64,000 nt of DNA from Candidatus Dojkabacteria bacterium (GTDB taxonomy: Bacteria > Patescibacteriota > Dojkabacteria > JAFGLO01), in assembly GCA_016927995.1 (NCBI GenBank), contig JAFGLO010000015.1, forward strand, positions 75,430-139,429, read 5' to 3'. This document shows positions 59,868 to 64,000 of the stretch, piece after piece. Position numbers and translations under genes: made by a program. The notes beneath the pieces were generated by a model that was not told the DNA's origin, ran no database searches, and worked only from the letters and a program-made list of their open reading frames with translations. Each line of letters starts with the position of its first letter. Positions within the stretch are counted from its first letter, which is position 1.

Positions 59868-59983
59868 CAGATGTGCTTTAGTATACAATATTTGACTTAC
59901 CCATATTTGAAAAGGTAATATAGGCCAATATGAAAGAACCTACTATACAAACATAGGTTATACAAAGGGCCAAAAAAAGATTA

Positions 59984-60205
59984 TTGATTGTGGGATTGGT
60001 AATACTTGGCTTGTTTGTAATATATGCAATTATTCCTAAAAGATGCGACGATTATGTGATTTTTACTGGGCATATTACTGGAGGTAGTGATGATTCTGGG
60101 TACATTTTAGTATGTGAATGTATTGGATATAAAATTCAAAGAAAATATGCTCCTACCGATAATTCTGGCACGTGCATTGGGATAATGTATCATAGGAAAG
60201 AATAA
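59984..60205 (+). CDS. Small hypothetical protein with N-terminal transmembrane helix, Cys-containing
   Basis: ORF only. Confidence 0.25.
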   Translation: MIVGLVILGLFVIYAIIPKRCDDYVIFTGHITGGSDDSGYILVCECIGYKIQRKYAPTDNSGTCIGIMYHRKE

Positions 60206-60369
60206 ATGAACGAGGGGCAGGGGAACAAGCTGTGTTGGAAAAGTATTATCCTGATGCCCAAATTACTGCGATTGGCTTGTCTCATGCAGGGTCAGAGTTT
60301 TTAGTGATGTTTGATATTGCCAAATGGATTAAAGAAAATTTTGGGATCGAGGCTACGCCTTTTCCAGAG

Positions 60370-60388
60370 AAAAACTGGTGGAGGTAAT
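60370..60388 (+). repeat. 19-bp direct repeat AAAAACTGGTGGAGGTAAT (copy 1)
   Basis: Exact match to 61909-61927. Confidence 0.75.
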
Positions 60389-60449
60389 ACCATCATCTCA
60401 AAGGTTATTGCTTAATCGGTAATACATTCTAATATAACAAAGCTGATTA

Positions 60450-60611
60450 CTATATTAGAGGGCTTTTGATATTTTCGGTGTCCAGCTGACTTAAGTTCTT
60501 TTTTCTAAAAGTGAAATACTTCTTGAGACCATTCACATAACTTTTTATTGTTCTGGGGCTGTAATCACGAATTTCGAGCTCTCGTATTGTTATATTCAGT
60601 TCTTTTTGCAT
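60450..60611 (-). pseudogene. Tyrosine recombinase (phage-integrase) N-terminal fragment, truncated after 53 codons
   Basis: Hand translation gives MQKELNITIRELEIRDYSPRTIKSYVNGLKKYFTFRKKN.. then a stop. The ..YSPRTIKSY.. pattern is the integrase N-terminal SAM-like domain signature. No downstream frame continues the protein. Confidence 0.5.
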
Positions 60612-60669
60612 AAAAATATGGTTATGATAAAATTAGGACAGTTAATTTAGTGTTATTATAGCAGGGTGG

Positions 60670-60706
60670 ATTCGTATAGTATACGAATTTTCGTATAAAT
60701 TACGAA
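60670..60706. promoter_or_regulatory. Tandem palindromic operator-like site ATTCGTATAgTATACGAAT followed by TTCGTAtaaatTACGAA, 50-90 bp upstream of the DUF1801 gene
   Basis: Two perfect inverted repeats share TTCGTA/TACGAA half-sites. The region is divergent between the integrase remnant and the DUF1801 gene. Confidence 0.45.
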
Positions 60707-60756
60707 AACACTTCGGATAGTAACGAGTTGTACGCAATTCAAAAAAAGAGGTTTAT

Positions 60757-61101
60757 ATGGATGAAAAAATAAAACAATACATTGAAAAACAGAAGCCTAA
60801 AGAAAGACAGCTTATTGAAGAAGCGAGAAAATTAATATATGAAACGATTCCGGAATGTGATGAGTTTTTTCAATGGGGTGTTTTATGTTACTCTAAAGGC
60901 AAAATTTATATTGCTGCAATGAAGGACAGAATCCATGTAGGTTTTTCAATTATTGGTTTATCAAAAGAAGAGGTGAAAATTTTTGAAGGTAGTGGAAAAA
61001 CAGCCAGGCATATAAAAATATTTTCTGTTAATCAATTAGAAGAAAAAAATATTGCAGAATATGTTGAGATGGTTAATAAAAAAGCTGGTATACCTAGTTA
61101 A
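60757..61101 (+). CDS. DUF1801 (YdhG-like) domain protein
   Basis: Size and the conserved DUF1801 core pattern (..IPECDEFFQWGVLCYS.G..IYIAAMKDRIHVGF..). Confidence 0.5.
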   Translation: MDEKIKQYIEKQKPKERQLIEEARKLIYETIPECDEFFQWGVLCYSKGKIYIAAMKDRIHVGFSIIGLSKEEVKIFEGSGKTARHIKIFSVNQLEEKNIAEYVEMVNKKAGIPS

Positions 61102-61132
61102 CTTTTATTACCATTTTTTTTTGAACTGCGTA

Positions 61133-61215
61133 CAACAGCGTGTAGCCGGTTCGGGCGGAGTACCTCTCTCTCCCAAATTGCCTCCGCGAGTACGCTCCGG
61201 CAACTTCGGCTACAC
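61133..61215. repeat. GC-rich structured element: perfect 11-bp inverted repeat GCGTGTAGCCG / CGGCTACACGC enclosing nested GCGGAG/CTCCGC pairing
   Basis: Seen directly. Local GC content is far above the genome background. Confidence 0.5.
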
Positions 61216-61289
61216 GCGGAACGTTATGTGACATTTCGCGCACTGCCAAAAACGAAAAGGTTATAAATTTTGTTTTTTATATAGATACT

Positions 61290-61739
61290 ATGACGAAAAA
61301 AAGACATCAAAATATTCCTGCTTCTTATCTAACATTGTTCAAAGATAACAAAATCTTACTTCTTCGGCGTTGTAATACTGGATATGAAGACGGCAATTAC
61401 TCAATGGTTGCAGGACATGTTGATCCTTGCGAAACTTTTACTCAATGTATTATCAGAGAAGCAAAGGAAGAAGCAGGAATATTACTTAAACCTGAAGATT
61501 TGAAAGTTGTTCATGTAATGCACAGAAACTCTGGTACTGCTGAAAATAATGAAAGAGTTGATGTCTTTTTTATTGCTGAAAAATGGGGTGGTGAGATAGT
61601 AAACAAGGAACCTCACAAGTGCGATGATTTGTATTGGTTTGACTTGGATAGTATCCCAGAAAATGTCATCCCATATATCAAGCAAGCTATTGAAGGAATA
61701 AAAAATAAAATTTATTATAGTGAACATGGATGGCAGTGA
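61290..61739 (+). CDS. NUDIX hydrolase
   Basis: Nudix box GHVDPCETFTQCIIREAKEEAGI (G-x5-E-x7-REuxEExGu). Confidence 0.8.
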   Translation: MTKKRHQNIPASYLTLFKDNKILLLRRCNTGYEDGNYSMVAGHVDPCETFTQCIIREAKEEAGILLKPEDLKVVHVMHRNSGTAENNERVDVFFIAEKWGGEIVNKEPHKCDDLYWFDLDSIPENVIPYIKQAIEGIKNKIYYSEHGWQ

Positions 61740-61908
61740 GCGAAACGCTAAAGCCATGCTGCGCTCTCGTTCCGCTACGCTCCACTCGGGTCACATAACA
61801 CGGGATAAAAGGTTTGGCACTCGGCTCGTGTCTCACCAAAATTTTGCTCCACTCCGTTCCGCAAAACTTTGTATAGTCGCGGCACATTGTGGCGAAATTC
61901 CGTTCATT

Positions 61909-61927
61909 AAAAACTGGTGGAGGTAAT
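61909..61927 (+). repeat. 19-bp direct repeat AAAAACTGGTGGAGGTAAT (copy 2)
   Basis: Exact match to 60370-60388. Confidence 0.75.
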
Positions 61928-62122
61928 CAATGTGTTATAAGTCCATCTTAATGGCTGAGTTATCATACCCATCTTTAGTAGGCAAAACAATTAACGTTTC
62001 TGATCCTCGATATTAGGATATAACTACAGAGGTTCCTGTCTAATTGTGTTTGTATCTTATCGTTACTTTTTACTTTTACGTAATTTCTGCTATTATTTGT
62101 ATATAATTAGCTAACGTAATCC

Positions 62123-62554
62123 ATGATTAAGTCCAACCTAATAGCCCCATGCGGAATGAACTGTGCCTTATGTCTTGGGTATATCCGTGAAAAGAACCGT
62201 TGTGCAGGTTGTAGGGGAGACGAAAAGGGCATGCCAACGTATTGTGGAACCTGTAAAATGAAGGAGTGTGCAAAGGCAAAAGGATTTAAATACTGCTTTG
62301 AGTGTGATAAATATCCCTGTATGCTGGTAAAACATGTAGACAAGCGATACAGAACTCGTTATGGCATGAGCATGATAGAAAACCTAGACTTTATTAAAGC
62401 CCACGGAATTAGGGCATTTGTCAAAAAAGAAAAGGCCAGGTGGACGTGCAAATCCTGTGGAGCCATGCTTTGTGTTCATAGGCCAGTTTGTTTAAACTGT
62501 GGGGCGCAAAGGAATCCGCCGATGCCAGTTCCAACAAAGACAAGATCAAAGTAA
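62123..62554 (+). CDS. Cys-rich DUF3795-like protein
   Basis: N-terminal PCGMNCALCLGY... followed by multiple CxxC pairs (about 16 Cys in 143 aa), the pattern typical of DUF3795. Confidence 0.45.
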   Translation: MIKSNLIAPCGMNCALCLGYIREKNRCAGCRGDEKGMPTYCGTCKMKECAKAKGFKYCFECDKYPCMLVKHVDKRYRTRYGMSMIENLDFIKAHGIRAFVKKEKARWTCKSCGAMLCVHRPVCLNCGAQRNPPMPVPTKTRSK

Positions 62555-62590
62555 ACAATATCTTAACGGCTTTACTTGTTACCAACTTTA

Positions 62591-62624
62591 ATCGGTTCGC
62601 GTATAATCTATTAAGATAAGTTTT
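62591..62624 (+). repeat. 34-bp direct repeat ATCGGTTCGCGTATAATCTATTAAGATAAGTTTT (copy 1; contains TATAAT)
   Basis: Exact match to 63193-63226. Confidence 0.8.
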
Positions 62625-63096
62625 GTATTTTATCTTTATAAGAATTCTATTCAAGAGGAGAAAGGTTAAAAGATTTCTCATAATTTTCTTGTCAATGGTT
62701 ACACTTATTTCCATTTTGGTGGGAGTTATTTATTTCTTTTCATTTTGGTCGTGTGGTATGGATGATATGCAGAGGATATATTCTTGGCAGAAGTTTATTA
62801 TCCCAAGTGTATTAAGAAATGCACCTGAAAGCGAAACTATTAGTTGTTCTTGTGGTTATTATCCGAGTTGTGGAATTTTTGTTAAACATAATGAAACAAC
62901 AGAAAAAAATTTGGCTGATCTTATGCAGGATAATATCGTTTATTTTGAAAGTAATGGATACTATCTCACGATAGAGAGTTACTCTGGTGATGAACTTTAT
63001 TGTAAGGAAGGTTCATCAAAACTTGATTGTTTTCAGATGGTCAGTTATGAAAAGGATAATGCGACAATCCTAGCCGTTACATTTTATGACAGGTAG
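62623..63096 (+). CDS. Hypothetical membrane-anchored, Cys-containing protein
   Basis: N-terminal transmembrane helix. Begins right after the repeat. The C-terminal domain has a truncated paralog 600 bp downstream. Confidence 0.4.
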   Translation: MYFIFIRILFKRRKVKRFLIIFLSMVTLISILVGVIYFFSFWSCGMDDMQRIYSWQKFIIPSVLRNAPESETISCSCGYYPSCGIFVKHNETTEKNLADLMQDNIVYFESNGYYLTIESYSGDELYCKEGSSKLDCFQMVSYEKDNATILAVTFYDR

Positions 63097-63192
63097 TTAT
63101 TTGTCGTTTGGTTTCTTTCGCAACTTTGGGAACAGGTCCTGGAACATTGTAATTTGAGGTACTAAAGAAAAATTCGAGATTGAGCGACTCCG

Positions 63193-63226
63193 ATCGGTTC
63201 GCGTATAATCTATTAAGATAAGTTTT
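63193..63226 (+). repeat. 34-bp direct repeat (copy 2)
   Basis: Exact match to 62591-62624. Confidence 0.8.
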
Positions 63227-63231
63227 AATAA

Positions 63232-63381
63232 CAAAGTTTGGAAATTATAGTCTCTCCTGGAGAAATAGCCTATTGCTATCATGGAAGTGAATATTCGGAT
63301 AATGGTGATCGTAATGATTGTTTCAAGGTTGAGCATCTAGGATCTGATCGTTTAATTGTAACATTTTACAACAGGTGGTAG
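63232..63381 (+). pseudogene. Truncated paralog of the C-terminal domain of the 62623..63096 protein (no ATG start)
   Basis: Frame-1 translation ..SPGEIAYCYHGSEYSDNGDRNDCFKVEHLGSDRLIVTFYNRW* aligns with ..YSGDELYCKEGSSKLDCFQMVSYEKDNATILAVTFYDR*. Confidence 0.45.
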
Positions 63382-63605
63382 TGTTTGATATTAGAAAAAC
63401 AACAATTTGGCTGCTTTTGGTAAATGCAGCCTTCTGGCTTGTATATGCAATCTACTTTTCATTCCTTTGGTTTTGGGGAAGACCAGAGTATCTGATAATA
63501 AAGATACTACTTTTTATGGAACCAATTTTATATGTAGGTTCGCTCTGGGGGTTTGTAAAGAGAAACAGGTATATATATATGTTCAGTATTATTTGTGTTT
63601 GCTAA
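63375..63605 (+). CDS. Small 2-transmembrane-helix hypothetical membrane protein
   Basis: ORF and hydrophobicity only. Confidence 0.25.
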   Translation: MVVFDIRKTTIWLLLVNAAFWLVYAIYFSFLWFWGRPEYLIIKILLFMEPILYVGSLWGFVKRNRYIYMFSIICVC

Positions 63606-63812
63606 CACAATATTGTCAATAACAGATCAGTTTGGAATTTTAGACCTTCTATCCTTAGGGATAAGTTTTGTGTGTTTGGTTGGGCTATTGGCGAACTGGG
63701 CTCAAATATTCAAGAAAAAACCTTAGAGCACTTTAATCACATAGTACCAATAGACAGCATTCAAAAAATATATTACACTTGGGGTAGATAATAAATTAAA
63801 AAATCCCAGACA

Positions 63813-64000
63813 GATGAAGTTTTCAATCAAAACCACGGACATCGCAAAATACATGGCAAATATCGGGAGACTGGTTGATCCTAAACCGTCCATACCTGTT
63901 TTGGGGAATATCCTTATAAATGCATCAAAAGATGGAGTAATGTTTACTGCTTCAAATCTTGAACTTAGCATGCAGGTTACCCTAAAGGCCGATGTATCCG
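63813..64000 (+). CDS. dnaN: DNA polymerase III beta subunit (sliding clamp), N-terminal fragment (3' partial)
   Basis: MKFSIKTTDIAKYMANIGRLVDPKPSIPVLGNILINASKDGVMFTASNLELSM matches the DnaN N-terminal domain consensus (..P.LGN.L......L.L.A.DLE...). Confidence 0.75.

Noticed and set aside
60196-60387. Plus-strand open frame (no ATG; 51 aa from an internal GTG) ending ..EATPFPEKNWWR*
   Set aside because: Its composition looks protein-like and it may be the 3' remnant of a disrupted gene, but there is no start codon context and I could not assign a family by eye. It is reported only inside the direct-repeat finding, not as a gene.
61720-61926. 68-aa Arg-rich ORF overlapping the NUDIX 3' end and ending at the 19-bp direct repeat
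   Set aside because: It translates a GC-rich hairpin-rich block and its composition is atypical for this genome's proteins. Only its last 6 codons (shared with the other repeat copy) may be meaningful, as part of an att core over an ancestral gene end. It is not called as a CDS.
63097-63336. 79-aa minus-strand ORF
   Set aside because: It lies antisense across the 34-bp direct repeat and the truncated paralog fragment. The plus-strand homology to the upstream gene explains the region better.
63600-63812. Possible oriC / DnaA-box cluster upstream of dnaN
   Set aside because: Only weak 7-of-9 matches to TTATCCACA were seen (for example TTATCCCTA on the minus strand near 63655-63665) plus a near-palindrome CTATCCTTAGGGATAAG. 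Without dnaA or an AT-rich unwinding element this is insufficient to call an origin.
1-64000. CRISPR arrays, intact IS elements, toxin-antitoxin pairs, restriction-modification or other named defence systems
   Set aside because: I looked for regularly spaced short direct repeats and for transposase, Cas, RM or TA signatures and found none. The only repeats are the tRNA-derived copies, the 19-bp and 34-bp direct repeats and the AGTGAA blocks, each with two or three copies at irregular spacing. That is not CRISPR-like.

Overview
The window is 64 kb of AT-rich, gene-dense bacterial chromosome. It reads like a small Candidate Phyla Radiation (Patescibacteria) genome. Evidence for that: there is no gene between S5 and L15 where L30 (rpmD) normally sits, S5, L17 and L21 carry lysine-rich C-terminal extensions, GTG and TTG starts are frequent, and intergenic spacers are short with few Shine-Dalgarno sequences.

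Most of the window is conserved core genes. In order: a UvrD/PcrA helicase, greA, tRNA-Glu, trmD, recA, recJ, a PBP5-type D-Ala-D-Ala carboxypeptidase, gltX, fusA-tuf, and the S10/spc/alpha ribosomal operons (S10 through L17, with secY, adk, map, infA, rpmJ and rpoA), followed by L13-S9. After that come comM/yifB, RNase P RNA, fmt, rarA, rsmE, an ABC-2 transporter, serS, rplU, an RNA methyltransferase, a WecB/TagA glycosyltransferase, an Ogg-type glycosylase, and an FtsX/MacB-like ABC system next to a DUF3298 protein.

Two structural RNAs were found from the sequence alone: RNase P RNA (rnpB, about 41101..41442, covered by spurious ORFs in the track) and the 38-aa rpmJ (L36) gene, which falls below the ORF-track size cut-off.

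The most unusual stretch is the 3' end, about 59.4..63.8 kb, just upstream of dnaN. It holds tRNA-Ser(CGA) followed by two further copies of its last 16 nt and one copy of its first 14 nt. Next to these is a 53-codon remnant of a tyrosine-recombinase (integrase) N-terminus. A roughly 1.5 kb cassette with DUF1801 and NUDIX genes is bounded by perfect 19-bp direct repeats and contains a tandem palindromic operator and GC-rich inverted-repeat elements. Further on there is a 34-bp direct repeat marking a tandem duplication with a truncated paralog, plus several small Cys-rich or membrane hypothetical ORFs. I read this as a decayed integrative island at a tRNA-Ser hotspot, not a defined known system. 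None of these inferences has been checked computationally.
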